This document shows positions 45,650 to 59,194 of a DNA stretch of 64,000 nt, piece after piece (the first letter of the stretch is position 1; every line of letters begins with the position of its first letter). The position numbers and the translations under genes were made by a program. The stretch is taken from the NCBI GenBank assembly GCA_030390025.1, contig CM059438.1, positions 67,272,001 to 67,336,000 on the forward strand, given 5' to 3'. The notes beneath the pieces were generated by a model. That model made no database searches, had not been told where the DNA came from, and saw only the letters and a list, made by a program, of their open reading frames with translations. This DNA comes from Squalus acanthias (Eukaryota).

Positions 45650-47315
45650 TGTAAGGGTTTGGCGTGTGGCACGCCTGAGGCTCTGTGCATAGCCTGGGTG
45701 CTAGTGCGAGGTTAGGCCTTGTTGCCTGTTCTGGTCTCCAGCCAGCCTGATAGCACTAGACACCTGTGAGTGGTTCGACCCACTCGCCCTTACGGTTCTG
45801 ACACTGGACTTAGATGCGAGAGCCATAATGCAGAGAAAACTCAGGTAGACCCGGTTGGATAGTGCGAAATGGAAAATCTTTATTGCATATTATTCAAGAT
45901 TACGAAATACATGTCATAAGCACAGATTAATGACAGTACAATCTTACACGCAGTTATGTAACTAATTTTAGGGAAACGAGGAGCGCACGACACATCGAAA
46001 AAGGGGGCACACATTACAATTATCCTTAAAACTTAAACCCTCCCCTATCAATACCTGACCTAAACTAGATTTGTAGGATCGAGACTCATGCTCACCACTC
46101 GTGATAACTCGGAGCATTCCGAAACTCTGCTCGGATGTTTTTCCCGCAGCACCTGACCACCCACGTGTTGATCAGGGGTCTCTGTACCCCACTTGTTTAC
46201 TCGTTTCTGCTCCAGCTAGCAGGCTGGCCCGTCTGCTGTCATGAAGATCTGTGTTGTCCTCGGAGTTCCGACACGACTCGAAAAATAGTCTTCCTGTGCC
46301 CTCGCCCCGATGCGATAAAACTCGAAGAATGGTCTTCCGATGCCAGTTCTGTAAAACTCAAAAGATAGTCTTCCTGGGCAAGGAAAGTGTTTATTTGACC
46401 TACAGGCGCGGTCGGGGCTTACTGACCGTGGCGATACGTATGGTCGTCTTCTTCTCTTCTCATCTCATCTCATCTCATCTCGGGCCTTCGGTTCCAACAC
46501 CGTTTACCGACTTCTCGGGATGGTGTGCCCGTTTCAAGGCTTCACAGCCCGGTTCCACACAGATCTTCGCGGCAAGCCACGAGGCTGATCCTGGCGGATC
46601 AGAAAGTTCGATAGTCTTCTAGCAAGTCGAGCAGCAAGGAGTCAAGAGACAGCGTCGCAGGCGGAGAGGCAAGAGGATAAGAGAAAGATGGACGGTTGGA
46701 GCTTACAGTTATAGTGCTGAAATTCCCCTCTTCCCGCCCAATCTTAATGTCTTTTCTTTTGTCAGGGTTTTGGCGCCCAAACTTCTTGTATAGGGTGATC
46801 TCCGTTTAATGGGTTTCGGTGATACTCGTAACTGCCTGAGTACCTGTTAATACTTTTCCCATTGTGTAACCGGTCAGTATTCTCCCTGGAGGGGTTTTGG
46901 GGCTTCCAAATGTTTCTGTAACTACCCGCAAACGGCTCTCTCATCGTAGAGTCGTGGGGATTTTGCATGTTAATGTCTTTGGATGGGTTCTTGATCGCTC
47001 GGTACAATAGCCCTTATTCGCACCTGGGAGACCGATTCCAGTATTTATGTGTAAAATGCAAACCCATTATGTCTTGTGATTTATCTCAAATGTGCTGAGT
47101 CTTGTCCGATCTCGCACAAATGTTTATTGGAACGCCATCTTGTCTGCTTATCGAAAAGTCTAGAATGTTCTGCCATGAGGCATGGCGGCCATTTTACAGG
47201 CTGCTTGTGTCCACTTTGAAAAACCTGACAGCATTCTGCTGAAATAAAGCTGTTTGAACGAAACTATGTGTTTCCTCCTTATTTATAAAATCGCGATTAT
47301 ATTGCGAATTCTACA
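45650..47315 (-). repeat. Provirus B 5' LTR (1666 bp)
   Basis: TGTAGAA...CTTACA on the minus strand; homologous to but clearly diverged from A's LTR. Confidence 0.95.
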
Positions 47316-47319
47316 TTGG

Positions 47320-47600
47320 TCACCCTGGTCTGAGGCTGGAGGTCTGGTTGCAGAAGGTGGCAGATTTCTGTGATCACCTCCTTGGTGAAGCGGAGCCTTC
47401 TAATACACTGCTCCTCGCTTAATTGGAGGTAGGAGAAGTGCTCTCGGAATACCCTCGGAGGGTATGGCCTCCTGTTGAGAGCCCTGATGGCCCTCCTCCT
47501 CCCTCTGGGCAGATGTTCTAGTCTTTCTCGCTGCCGCTGCTCCCTCCATCGTAGATCCTGGAGGGCGAGGTCGACTGCCAGTACAGCCCCTACTGAACAC
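47320..47600 (-). pseudogene. Harbinger transposase, 5' part
   Basis: QCIRRLRFTKEVITEICHLLQPDLQPQTRVT joins in frame to KALSVADKVTITLNFF once the provirus and one TSD copy are removed. Confidence 0.85.
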
Positions 47601-48877
47601 TAAATGTAGCTACTTTTTAGTTGCCAGAAGACTCCTGATAAAAAAGAACATTGAAATTACTGAATGAAACTGTTGCAGTGGGTGAAACTAACAAAAAACA
47701 CTGAAACTGCACTCACCTGACAGCTGCGAGTGATTACTGATGATCCCTTTAAATAACTTCCCTGGAGCCAGCTTCCTGCTGCTGCACGCCAGCTCTCGCT
47801 GTCGGTGTTTACTCCAGGTGGTGACATAAGTGGCGAGAATCAGTTTTGCAAATCGGGCGGTCAGTGAGCGTTGCACACTCACTGATGTCACAATCTCCCT
47901 TGCGTTCCCGGCGATACCTCTTACTGGCGGTGCTACGGTGGGGGGGGGGGGTCTGGATTTGGCGTGCAGCGCTAGATTCGCCTTGCTCCGGCGATACTGG
48001 TCTATCGTCCCACTGGCGCTAAAGTGAGGCGCTAATGGGACGAATTTTTCCCCCTAAGAGATGAATTCAGTAGGAGCTTGTGTTCTTTAGTCCTTTCTGC
48101 CCTTTTCCTGTCCTCTTTCGCTCCTTATTCCAGGCCATTTCCTTACTGAAGAAGACATTAAAACTGGCCATTCAGCCATTCCTCTGGAGTAGCTGTGGTT
48201 CCTCATTACTAATTCTTTCCAAATAAGCCTGTTACTGCTAGGTTTACATAAATTATTGAAATGTCAGTGCTCAACCACTAACTATGTGGTCGTATTATTC
48301 CCGCCATTGAGTCAGAAGGTGCAGGGTTTCGAATCCTGCTCCGGATAATCCTGGCAAATGGAGATGGGAGCTCCGGCTCTGAATTCTGGGTTGACATCTA
48401 GTAGGAAACACGTGGGAGTAGGTGGCCACCACCATGCCCCTCCACCCCTCCTTGGTATGAGCGCAAAAAGCTAAACACTATTTTGGCTGGTATAATGATG
48501 CTACTGTAAAGAGATAACCACCTTATCAGCTGATATTATAAAGAAAGGGTCTGTCTGGAAGTCTGCTAGTATGGTCCTGCTGTTAATTTCTCTTCATAGT
48601 AACTTTCAGGTTTTACCTGTTAATCAATCTCTGGAAGAAGAATGAAAGTGCAATCAGTTTAGATAGTAAAATCTAACTAAACAGACATTCCAGGCAGAGA
48701 CAGTCAGAGATCTTAAGTTAATAACAAATTCTGCAAGGGACAGAGAAGCTTTAATTGTTCATTCAAGCCTTGAAGTTAAACACCTGCCTGAGAAAGACCA
48801 TAGATGTGGAAAGATAGGGAGTAGCAAGTAAGGGAGTTACTGCAAGGACAGGACAATCAAATCAGTGTTGAATGATC

Positions 48878-49761
48878 GGGCTGAATTTTAATGGAGAAGG
48901 CAGTTTGGGGGCAGGGAGGATCCGAGGCGGTTGGGAAACCCAAGAGAACGGGTTTCCCGCAAGACCTGCTGCCTTTAACGGCAGGGCCTGATTTGAATGG
49001 GAAGCCTCTGTTTCCCACCCACTGCCAACCAGATTGAGAGGCTGGCTGGCTCTGGGCAGACATGCCTGCGGCACTAGGCCGCAGAGAGGAAGGAGGGAGG
49101 GATCGCGTGGGGGTCGTGCCGAGAGAAGATCGGGGGGGGGGGGGAAGGACCGAAGTGGATCAGGGGCCGGGAGAAGATGGGGGAGGGGTCTGAAGTGGAT
49201 CGGGGGTCGGGAGAAGATCGGGTCCGAAAAGAGTCGGGGGCCGGTGGAGGATGGGGGTGGGGGGAGCCGGAAGAGGATCGGGGGCTGGAGGAGCAGCACG
49301 GGGAGTGCCGGAGGTGGGGGGCAGGGGGGCTCGGAGGCTTGGGGAGGTGAGGGGGGAGTTGTCATAGAGCGATCGGAGGCCTGGAAGTGGGGAGGCCTTG
49401 TGGAGGGATCGGAGGCCTGGGGGTGCGATAAGAGGCCTGGGGGAGGGGGGGGGTCTCCAATTACGGGGGGCGGGGGGTTAGACAAGGACCCTGGATCCAG
49501 GAGGTAGGTGTAAAGGCACTTACCACCTGAATGCAGAAAAGTTTTACGAGGTGTGCAAAACCCGACCAGCTAAAGTTAAAGACAAAATGGAGATTAAAGA
49601 AGAGGCTTCCAGCCTCATTATAATATTTAAATAGACAGCCCGCCTCCTGGCAGCGGATTGGTCGCCTGCCCCCGCCGGGTTCAGGTCGGGTTTCTGATTT
49701 TTAACACTTTAACTACTCCCACGCCCCCAACCCACCCTTTTATAAGGTCAAAATTCCCCCC
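48878..49761 (-). mobile_element. MITE-like element, inverted relative of 3767-4712
   Basis: Shared termini, shared internal motifs (CTGGATCCAGGAGGTA, ATAATATTTAAATAG) and a G-rich interior. Confidence 0.6.
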
Positions 49762-50209
49762 AGTGTATTAGGTAAATCTATGGAACATGCAAATTATCAC
49801 GTAGAGAGGTTGAAAAAAAGGTGTAAAAAAGTTGGTGTTGGATTTCGATTGAGGTCTGACCAACCAAGTACACCGAGGTAGGAACTGTAACATGTTTCGA
49901 ATTTCCCACCTAAAATTCACAAGATTTTGTCATAATTGCTGCTTTTAAGTGTATGCTTAATTATTGTCAATAATAGTTATTACTATTGCTTAATAAATCT
50001 GTGAATGTCTGCATTCAATGCTGTGAACCCTATTATTTTGAGGAGTAAATTATAAGTAAGAAGGCCCATCCTCCAGTGTTATAAAGGTGGTTACGGCCAT
50101 GGAAGGAGCATCCATCTCGTGGCCTGTAAGACTGTTAATCTAAGACTGTTAATCGGCCTACGAATCCTTCCACTATTTCACACTGTTCTCCAAGGGAAAG
50201 AGAAAAAAG

Positions 50210-51228
50210 AAAGACTTGCATTTATATGGCGCTGTTCATGACCTCATTGGCCTGTATTTTCCGATCCCTACGGGTGAGTACGAGGTGTGTACACACCCGT
50301 AGGGACATCGGAAATGCCGGTTTCAGGCATGCCAAGCGCATGCGCTGAAAACCGGCATTTCCGATCTGTCAAGAATCCTCTTGACATATTGGACGCCTGC
50401 CCGGAGAAGGGTCTCTGCGGGTGGAGAGTTCCGCTTTCTGCAGAACCTCCGCCCGCTGAAAACACTTAAAAATCTTACACCTGGTAAAAGTGTAAGGCCT
50501 ACTTTTACCAGCATAAGAGTTTAAAAAAGTAAAAAAAAAAATTTCACTCATTTATAATTTTAAAATACTTTAAAAAAAGGTAAGTTTATTTTTAGCCCCG
50601 TAAAAAACCTTAATTATTTTTTTCAAAAAATTAAATTTTTGTATAAAATATTTAATTTAATGTAATTTTAACTCATTTTAAAAACATGATTTTTTAAAAA
50701 TTTATTTAATGTTTTAGTGTCTTTTTTCAGTGATCTCCATTCATACTTTTGACAGGTCTATCTGTCAAATGTATGAAGGGGGATTCCCTTCTTTCATTGG
50801 CTGGCCTGGCCCACGTGATCCCAGGGACACTTGCGAACCGCATGCGCCCCTGGGATATGTGGGCCCTGCGGTTTTCGACTGTGGAGAGGCCCAGGATCGG
50901 AAGTGTCCGGACCTCGGGAGCCCTCAGGTAAGGGCGTAGATTTTTTTTCCGATAGGAGGCATCCGCACGCAGGAAGCCTCCTGTCGGAAATTATGAGCCA
51001 TAATGTCCCAAAACTTTACAATCAATGAAGTATTTTTGAAGTGTAGTCACTGTTGTAATGTAGAAAATTTGAGCACAGCAAGCTCCCACAAACAGCAATG
51101 AAATTGCTCCCTTTCTAGTTTAGGTTGAGGGATAAATGTTGGCATGGGGATTTTCGAATAGTGCCGTGGGAATTTTTTTACCTCCACCTGAGAAGGCAGA
51201 CTTGGCCTCGGTTTAACATCTCATCTGA
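50210..51228 (-). mobile_element. DeuSINE-like SINE interrupted by a MITE
   Basis: Reverse-complement SINE tail at 50210-50248 continues at 51000-51228. Confidence 0.7.
50249..50999 (+). mobile_element. Harbinger-type MITE
   Basis: Imperfect TIR GGCCTGTATTTTCCGA, 3-bp flanks ATT/ATA, AT-rich centre. Confidence 0.72.
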
Positions 51229-51788
51229 AAGGAAGAGTGTGAAGATACGGAAACAACAACCTCCAACTATTAGACATATCCATCAGATATCCAGAGTTTT
51301 CACTTTTTTTATATCCAGTTGTCCCTGGTTTTAGAAAGTGAAATGAGTTCACTGGGAAGAGGCAGGGGGATGTGTTTTGACATAGAATACTTGTGGTTAG
51401 AGTACATATGCGCCACTGGGTCATCGTTCAGTCATGACTAGTGTGTTACTGGAGTGATAAATAACCAATATAAGAACACACATTTTGAATGACTTCTATC
51501 TCATGGAACCTGCTCTGTGTGAGGGAGAAGCGGTTAAGAATATTAAACTGCATAAAGCCCAGGTACCTGCCTGGAGCTCTGATAAATGGACTCCTCGGAT
51601 GATGTTACTGTGGGAATAATCCAAGGTGACAGGTTTCTGGACACTTCTGTGATTTTTCTTGAGAATCTATATGCAGCACATTGCCTACAAAGCTAACTTG
51701 ATGGTACAGGCTTGCTGACCATTCATAGAAGGAAAACATTTCTGCTTCGCTGTGAGAAACTTAAGAAATGTTGACAATGAAAGGCATT

Positions 51789-52491
51789 GGGCCAGATTTT
51801 CCGATCGGAGGCTTCCTGCGTACGGATGCCTCCGATCTGGAAAAATCTACTAACTTACCTGCTTGCTCCGTAGGCCCCGAGACTTCCGATCCTGGGCCTC
51901 TCCTGGTTCGCAAGCATCCCTGGGATCACGTGGGCCATGGGGGACCAATCAAAGAAGGGAATCCCCCTTCACACTTTTGTGCATGAATGGGGATCACTCA
52001 AAAAACACACTAAAACATTAAATACATTTTTTTTTTAAATCACGTATTTAAAATCAGTTAAAATTACATTAAATTAAGTATTTTAAACAAAATTACATTT
52101 TTTGAAAAAAACCATTAAAGTTTTTTTACGAGGCTAAAAATAAACTTACTTTTTAAAAAGTATTTTTAAATTATAAATGAGTGAAAAAATTTTTAAAAAA
52201 TTTTATTTTTTTTAAACTCTTATGCTGATAAAAGCAGGCCTTATGCATGCTTTTACCAGGCGTAAGATTTTAAGGTTTTCAGCGGGCGGAGGTTGTGCAC
52301 AAGGCGGAACTCTCCCCCCGCACAGGCCCTTCTCCAGGGCAGGCGGCTGATCTGTCAAAAGGATTCTTGACAGATCGGAAGTGCCGGTTTTCAGCCCATG
52401 CGCTTCGCATGCCTGAAACCTGCACTTGCGAGGTCCCTTCCGATGCGCGACACACCTCGTACACACCTGTGAGGATCAGAAAATACGGGCC
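51789..52491 (-). mobile_element. Harbinger-type MITE, inverted copy of 50249-50999
   Basis: 3-bp TSD ATT on both sides; imperfect 16-bp TIRs. Confidence 0.78.
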
Positions 52492-52577
52492 ATTATGTTC
52501 CATATAAAAGACAGGCAATGATAACAATCTTGGAAATCTTTTTTTAATATTTACTCGAGTTTATGCAGTGTCTTTAA

Positions 52578-53012
52578 GGTGTCAGCATTGGCTCAGTGGT
52601 AGCACTCTCGCCTCTGAGTCAGAAGATCGTCGATTCAAGTCCACTCCAGAGTCTTGCGTACATAATGCAGGCTGAGGGAGTGCTCCACCTTTGGAGGTGA
52701 CATCTCTCAGAAAAAAACGTTAAACCAAAACTCTGTCTGTTCTCTCAACTGGATATGGAGGATGCCGTGGCACTCTAAAGAAAAGCCAATGAGTTCTTCT
52801 CAGTGTCCTGTCCAATATTTATCCCTCAACCAACGTCAGTAAAACAGATTATTTGATCATTTATCTTATTGCTGTTTGTGGGACCTTGCTGTGCACAAAT
52901 TGACTGCCATGTTTGACTACATTACAACAGTGACTACACTTCAAAAGTACTTAATTGGCTGTGAAGCGCTTTGGGACATTGTATTGTTGTAATAGGCACT
53001 ATAAAAATGTAA
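52578..53012 (+). mobile_element. Diverged DeuSINE-like SINE
   Basis: Colinear with 527-990. Confidence 0.8.
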
Positions 53013-53019
53013 TTAAAAA

Positions 53020-56000
53020 ATAGGACCTCAAAGGTAGTAATCTCAGGATTGCTACCAGTGCCACGTGCTAGTCAGAGTAGAAATAGAAGGATCTTTCAGA
53101 TGAATACGTGGCTAGAGGAATGGTGCAAGGGGGAGGGATTCAAATTCCTGGGACATTGGAACCGGTTCTGGGGGAGGTGGGACCAGTACAAACTGGACAG
53201 TTTGCACCTGGGTGGGACCGGGACCGATGTCCTAGGGGGAGTGATTGCTAGTGCTGTTGGAGAGGGTTTAAACTAAAATGGCAGGGTGTTGGGAACCTGT
53301 GCAGGGAGTCAGAGGAAAGGGAAGCAAGGATAGAAGAAAAAGACAGGAAGGAGAAAAGCAAAAGTGGCAGTCAGAGAAATCAAGTGTGTAAATCAAACAT
53401 GGCCACAGTAATTAAAAATTCTAAAAGGTCTAAGAGTGTTAAAAAAACAAGCTTGAAGGCTTTGTGTCTTAATGCGAGGAGCATTCGTAATAAGGTGGAT
53501 GAATTAGCTGCACAAATAGATGTAAACGGATGTGATATAATTGGGATTACGGAGATATGGCTCCAGGGTGACCAAGGCTGGGAATTCAACATCCAGGGGT
53601 ATTCAATATTCAGGAAAGACAGGCAAAAAGTAAAAGGAGGTGGGGTAGCATTGCTGGTTAAAGAGGAGATTAACACAATAGTAAGGAAGGATATCAGCTC
53701 TGATGATGTGGAATCTGTATGGGTAGAGCTGAGAAATACCATGGGGCAGAAAACGTTAGTGGGAGTTGTATACAGACCCCCAAACTGTAATGCTGAGGTT
53801 GGGGATGGCATTAAATGGGAAATTAGAGATGCGTGCAATAAGGGCACAGCAGTTATCATGGGTGACTTTAATCTACATATAGATTGGGCTAACCAAATTA
53901 GTAACAATACTGTGGAGGAGGAATTCCTAGAGTGCATACGGGATGGTTTCCTGGACCAATATGTCGAGGAACCAACTAGAGATCAGGTCATCTTAGACTG
54001 GGTATTATGTAATGAGAAAGGATTCATTCGCAATCTTGTTGTGCGAGGCCCCTTGGGGAGGAGCAATCATAATATGATAGAATTCTTCATTAAGATGGAG
54101 AGTGAAGTAGTTGACTCAGAGACTAGAGTCCTGAATTTAAATAAAGGAAACTACGAAGGTATGAGGCGCGAGTTGGCTAGGATGGATTGAGGAGTGTTAC
54201 TTAAAGGGTTGAAGGTGGATAGGCAATGGCAAACATTTAAAGATCGCATGGATGAACTACAGAATTTGTCATCCCTGTTAGGCATACAAATAAAACAAAA
54301 AAGGTGACTCAACCGTGGCTAACAAGGGAAATTAGGGATAGCATAAGATCCAAGGAGAGGACATATAAATTGGCCAGAAAAAGCAGCAAACCTGAGGATT
54401 GGGAGCAGTTTAGGATTCAGCAAAGGAGGACAAAGGGATTAATTAAGAGGGGGAAAATAGAGTATGAGAGTAAGCTTGCAGGGAACATAAAAACTGACTG
54501 TAAAAGCTTCTATAGATATGTGAAGAGAAAAAGATTGGTGAAGTCAAGCGTAGGTCCCTTGCAGTCAGAATCAGGGGAATTTATAATGGGGGAACAAAGA
54601 AATGGCAGACCAATTAAATACATACTTTGGTTCTGTCTTCACAAAGGAGGACACAAATAACCTCCGAGAGATGTCGGGGAACATAGGGTCTAATGAGAGG
54701 GAGGAACTGAATGAAATCAGTATTTGTAGGGAAATGGTGTTAGGGAAATTGATGGGATTGAAGGCCGATAAATTCCCAGGGCCTGATAATCTACATCCTA
54801 GGGTACTTAAGGAAGTGGCCCTAGAAATAGTAGATGCATTGCTGGTCATCTTCCAAAATTCTACAGACTCTGGAACAGTCCCCATGGATTGGAGGGTAGC
54901 TAATGTAACCCCACTATTTAAAAAAGGTGGTAGAGAGAAAAGGGAGAATTATAGATCAGTAAGCCTGACATCGGTAGTGGGGAAAATGCTGGAGTCCATT
55001 ATAAAAGATGTAATAGCAGAGCACTTGGAAAACAGTGACTGGATCGGACAAAGTCAACATGGATTTACAAAAGGTAAATCATGCTTGACTAATCTACTGG
55101 AATTTTTTGAGGATGTAACTGGTAGAATAGATAAGGGAGAACCAGTGGATGTGGTGTATTTGGACTTTCAGAAGGCTTTCGATAAGGTCCCGCATAAGAG
55201 ATTAGCGTGCAAAGTTAAAGCACATGGGATTGGGGGTAAGGTACTGACTTGGATAGAGAACTGGTTGGCAGACAGGAAGCAAAGAGTTGGAATAAACGGG
55301 TCTTTTTCCGAGTGGCAGGCAGTGACTAGTGGGGTACTGCAGGGATCGGTGCTAGGACCCCAGTTATTCACAATATATATTAATGATCTAGACGAGGGAA
55401 CTAGATGTAACATCTCCAAATTTGCAGATGACACAAAGCTGGGTGGGCGTGTGTGCTGTGAGGAGGATGCAGAGAAACTCCAGTATGATTTGGACAGGTT
55501 GGGTGATTGGGCAGTTGCATGGCAGATGCAGTATAATGTGGATAAATGCGAGGTTATCCACTTTGGTGGCAAAAACAGGAAGGCAGATTATTATCTGAAC
55601 GGCAATAGATTGGGAAAAGGGGAAGTGCAATGAGACCTGGGTGTCCTTGTGCATCAGTCGCTGAAGCTAAGCATGCAGGTGCAGCAGGCGGTTAAGAAGG
55701 CAAATGGTATGTTGGCCTTCATAGCGAGAGGATTCGAGTACAGGAGCAAGGATGTCTTGCTGCAGTTGTACAGGGCCTTGGTGAGACCACACCTTGAGTA
55801 TTATGTGCAGTTTTGGTCGTCTTATCTGAGGAAGGATGTTCTTGCCATGGAGGGAGTGCAGCGAAGATTCACCAGACTGATACCTGGGATGGCAGGAATG
55901 ACGTATGAAGAGAGATTTGGTCGATTGGGCTTGTATTCGCTAGAGTTTAGAAGAATGAGAGGGGATCTCATTGAAACTTATAAAATTCTAACAGGACTAG

Positions 56001-56353
56001 ACAGACTAGATGCATGAAGGATGTTCCCGATGGCAGGGGAGTCCAGAACCAGGGGTCACAGTCTAAGGATAAGGAGGTAAGCCATTTAGGACTGAGATGA
56101 GGAGGAATTTCTTCACCCAGAGAGTGGTGAACCTGTGGAATTCTCTACCACAGAAGGCAGTTGAGGCCAATTCATTAAATATATTGAAGAAGGAGTCAGA
56201 GATATTTCTTAAGGCTAAGGGGATCAAGGGATATGGGGAGAAAGCAGGGACAGGGTACTGAATTTGGATGATCAGCCATGATGTCATTAAATGGCGGAAG
56301 AGGCTCGAGGGGCCGAATGGCCTACTCCTGCTCCTATCTTCTATGTTTCTATG
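53020..56353 (+). mobile_element. Decayed CR1 LINE (end of ORF1 esterase, ORF2 with stops and frameshifts, 3' tail)
   Basis: ORF pieces 53049, 53384, 54304, 54602 and 55649 homologous to the CR1 at 32420-36090; CTATGTTT tail. Confidence 0.93.
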
Positions 56354-58074
56354 TAAATCGTTTCTTAATTCAATGCTTTCTACTTGTTTGTGGGTTTTAC
56401 ATTTCTCTCGTGCCCATCTTTATTTCCTGTAATTTGTTTTTGTGTCATCGTGAACAGCTTGCCTCGATCTTGTTCTAGGCACCATAAATTTGCGTTGGTT
56501 TGAGTTGAAATGAGCATCTTTTCTGCTCTGATAGATTTGCGTGCTAGCTGATACCAGCACTTAAATTATACACGGCCTGATGTCGACAGTTCTCCTTTAG
56601 TATTCAATAAAATGGTTTGCCTTAAGGAGGAACAAAAAAATAGGAAGTTTGCCTGCTGCTGCCAAGTTAAGGAGGGGAATCAAAATCAGCAGAAGTGAAA
56701 ATCAAAAGACTATTTGCCCATTTTGCTGCCATGATTAGTATCATGCTGTTCTTACCTGTAGGTTCTGTCAGGTATGGGAATAAAACGAAATCATCAGAAA
56801 ACTGGCATAAACTTTGAAAGTGCCTGATTCCTGATGATGCAATTGTATTTCGCAGAAGTTCCGTTTTTGCTAATGATCAGATTTCCTTAAACAACCTAAA
56901 AGTGATGCATCAGCATTCAGCCTCAGCAAACAATTAACTGCAAGTGAGTCATTTATTTTACAGCTGCAGTTTAGATTTGAAAAGCTCCCAAAACCAATGT
57001 TCATTTTCATATCAATAATAATGAGCCTTTGGTTAATAAATGGATTGCTTTTTTTTCTGTCGTGGGTGGTTGCACTGTTAATGTGCGCAATTAGATAAAA
57101 AGGAATCAAAATAAGGAATAATTTCTAATTTTTATCTGATTGCTTCTGCTGTTAAGTCCCCAATTGGAAGAAAAATAAGTTGAGTGTTTGCAAACTTTCA
57201 ATCAATTTTGATGGATACTTTTTAATTTTGAAGACTCGACAGACAAAATAAGTGCCCGAGGACATTAGTGGGGCTTTAATGAAATTCCTCTCACAACAAT
57301 GCATGATTGGGTAACTAGATCCAATTGGAAAAGGATTAAGCTGCAAAATAGCTCACAGGTCCAAGTCATATGTATGCATTCAGAATTAATCTCTATTCTA
57401 CTGAAACCTAAAATGTAATTTAATGATGCTTGCTGAAGGTTTGTTTATGCCAACCCTTAGATAAAATACTTAGTTGAGGCAGATGTACTTAGTCTGGGCA
57501 AACTGCCCGTTTAGATACCAAACTCCTGGAATATAAATAACAGCTCCTGCATAATTTATAGCAGGAAGCTAAGTTTCCCCAACTGCTAAAGAAATGTTAA
57601 GTAAATTAACTCTTGATTGATGGCTCACTTCGCCTCAATGAAAAATGTTTAAGAAATACAGAAAAGACAGTGAAGGACTGACGTGTTTTAGTTGCTGAGG
57701 CATTTTCCATCCCCATGTGAGCAAATGAAGCATGTTAATACCTCTTTGGGGAAGTGCCATAATGTTTACAATGCTCATTTAAATGTTGCCGTATGTTAAT
57801 TAGCTGACAACGTGTTCATGTTTTCAGAACAAAATTGAATTTATTGTGGTAAAAAAATGATAAGTACAGTGCCAACAACATGAATTTATAGAGCATCCCT
57901 CATGTACAAAGTCACCGAGGAACCCTTGACAAGGAGAACAGCAAGCAGGAGATAAGCCAAAAGTGGAAGAGAGATGTTTTTAAAGAGGCTTTGAAACAAA
58001 AAGAGTGATGCAGCAAGGTGAAGTTACTTTGATAGGGAGATCCAAAGAGAACCAACTGGAAGATAGGCCATGGA

Positions 58075-58932
58075 TTTTTTAAATTTCTTCATGGGATGTG
58101 GTGTCACTGGCAAGGCCAGCATTTATTGCCCATCCCTAATTGCCCTTGAGAACATAGGAACATAGGAACAGGAGCAGGCCATTTAGCCCCTCGAGCCTAT
58201 TCCGCCATTCAATGCGATCATGGATTCGGTGATGGTAATGCCGTTGAATGTCAAGGGGCAGTGGTTAGATGCTTGCTTGTTGGAGATAGTCATTGCCTGG
58301 CACTTGTGTGGCGCGAATGTTACCTGCCACTTGTCAGTCCAAGCCTGAATGTCGTCCAGGTCTTGCTGCATGCGGGCATGGACTGCTTCATTATCTGAGG
58401 AGTTGTGAATGGAACTGAACACAGTGAAATCATCAGCGTACATCCCTATTTCTGACCTTATGATGGAGGGAAGGTCATTGATGAAGTAGCTGAAGATGGT
58501 TGGGCCTAGGACACTGCCCTGAGGAACTCCTGCAGCGATGTCCTGGGGCTGAGATGATAGGCCTCCAACAACCATAACCACCATCCTTCGTGCTAAGTAT
58601 AACTCCAGCCAGTGGAACGTTTTCCCCCTGATTCCCATTGACTTCGGTCAAATGCTGCCTTGATGTCAAGGGCAGTCACTCTCACCTCAGCTCTGGAATT
58701 CAGCTCTTTTGTCCATGTTTGGACCAAGGCTGTAATGAGATCTGGAGTGCTCCTGGCAGAATCCAAACTGGGCATCAGTGAGCAGGTTATTGGTGAGTAA
58801 GTGCCGCTTGATAGCACTGTCGATGACACCTTCCATCACTTTGCTGATGATTGAGAGTAGGCTGAGAGTAGAATTGGCTAGATTGGATTTGTCCTGTTTT
58901 TTTTGGACAGGACATACCTGGGCAATTTTCCA
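58075..58932 (-). mobile_element. Rearranged LINE RT fragments (CR1 clade) with an embedded CR1 tail
   Basis: ALDIKAAFDR, GVPQGSVLGP, YADD; CATAGGAA tail at about 58153-58225. Confidence 0.75.
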
Positions 58933-58934
58933 TA

Positions 58935-59185
58935 AGAATAAAGACTTGCATTTATACAGTGCCTTTCATAACCTCAGGACATCTCAAAGCGCATTACAGC
59001 CAATTAAGTACTTTTGAAATGTAATCACTGTTGTAATGTAGGAAACACGGCAGAGCAAGGTCCCACAAACAGAAATATGAAAATGAACAGATAATCTGTT
59101 TTACAGAACTGCCCTGCTCTTCTTCAAATAGCCCCATTAGGATCTTTTGTGTCCATCTGAGTAGGTAGACTGGGCCTCGCTTTCT
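58935..59185 (-). mobile_element. DeuSINE-like SINE 3' fragment
   Basis: Reverse complement of the SINE tail and core. Confidence 0.7.
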
Positions 59186-59194
59186 CGTATCATT

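Larger units (their letters stand above)
21323..47315 (-). mobile_element. Provirus B: pol-less endogenous retrovirus-like element (LTR-PBS-gag-chimeric ORF-acidic ORF-env-PPT-LTR)
   Basis: TG...CA termini, 4-bp TSD TTGG (21319-21322, 47316-47319), paired LTRs about 99% identical by eye. Confidence 0.93.
17974..48054. mobile_element. PIF/Harbinger DNA transposon (decayed), interrupted by proviruses
   Basis: Imperfect TIRs GGGCTAGAAATTC / GAATTTTTCCCCC flanked by AAA and TAA; carries convergent Myb/SANT-like and DDE transposase genes. Confidence 0.8.

Noticed and set aside
45646..45690. Upstream ATG extending B gag into the LTR
   Set aside because: This ATG is absent from B's other LTR (ACG there) and from A; it is probably a point mutation.
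56360..58070. Host exons or enhancers in AT-rich unique sequence
   Set aside because: There is no recognisable coding signal, and conservation cannot be assessed without alignments.
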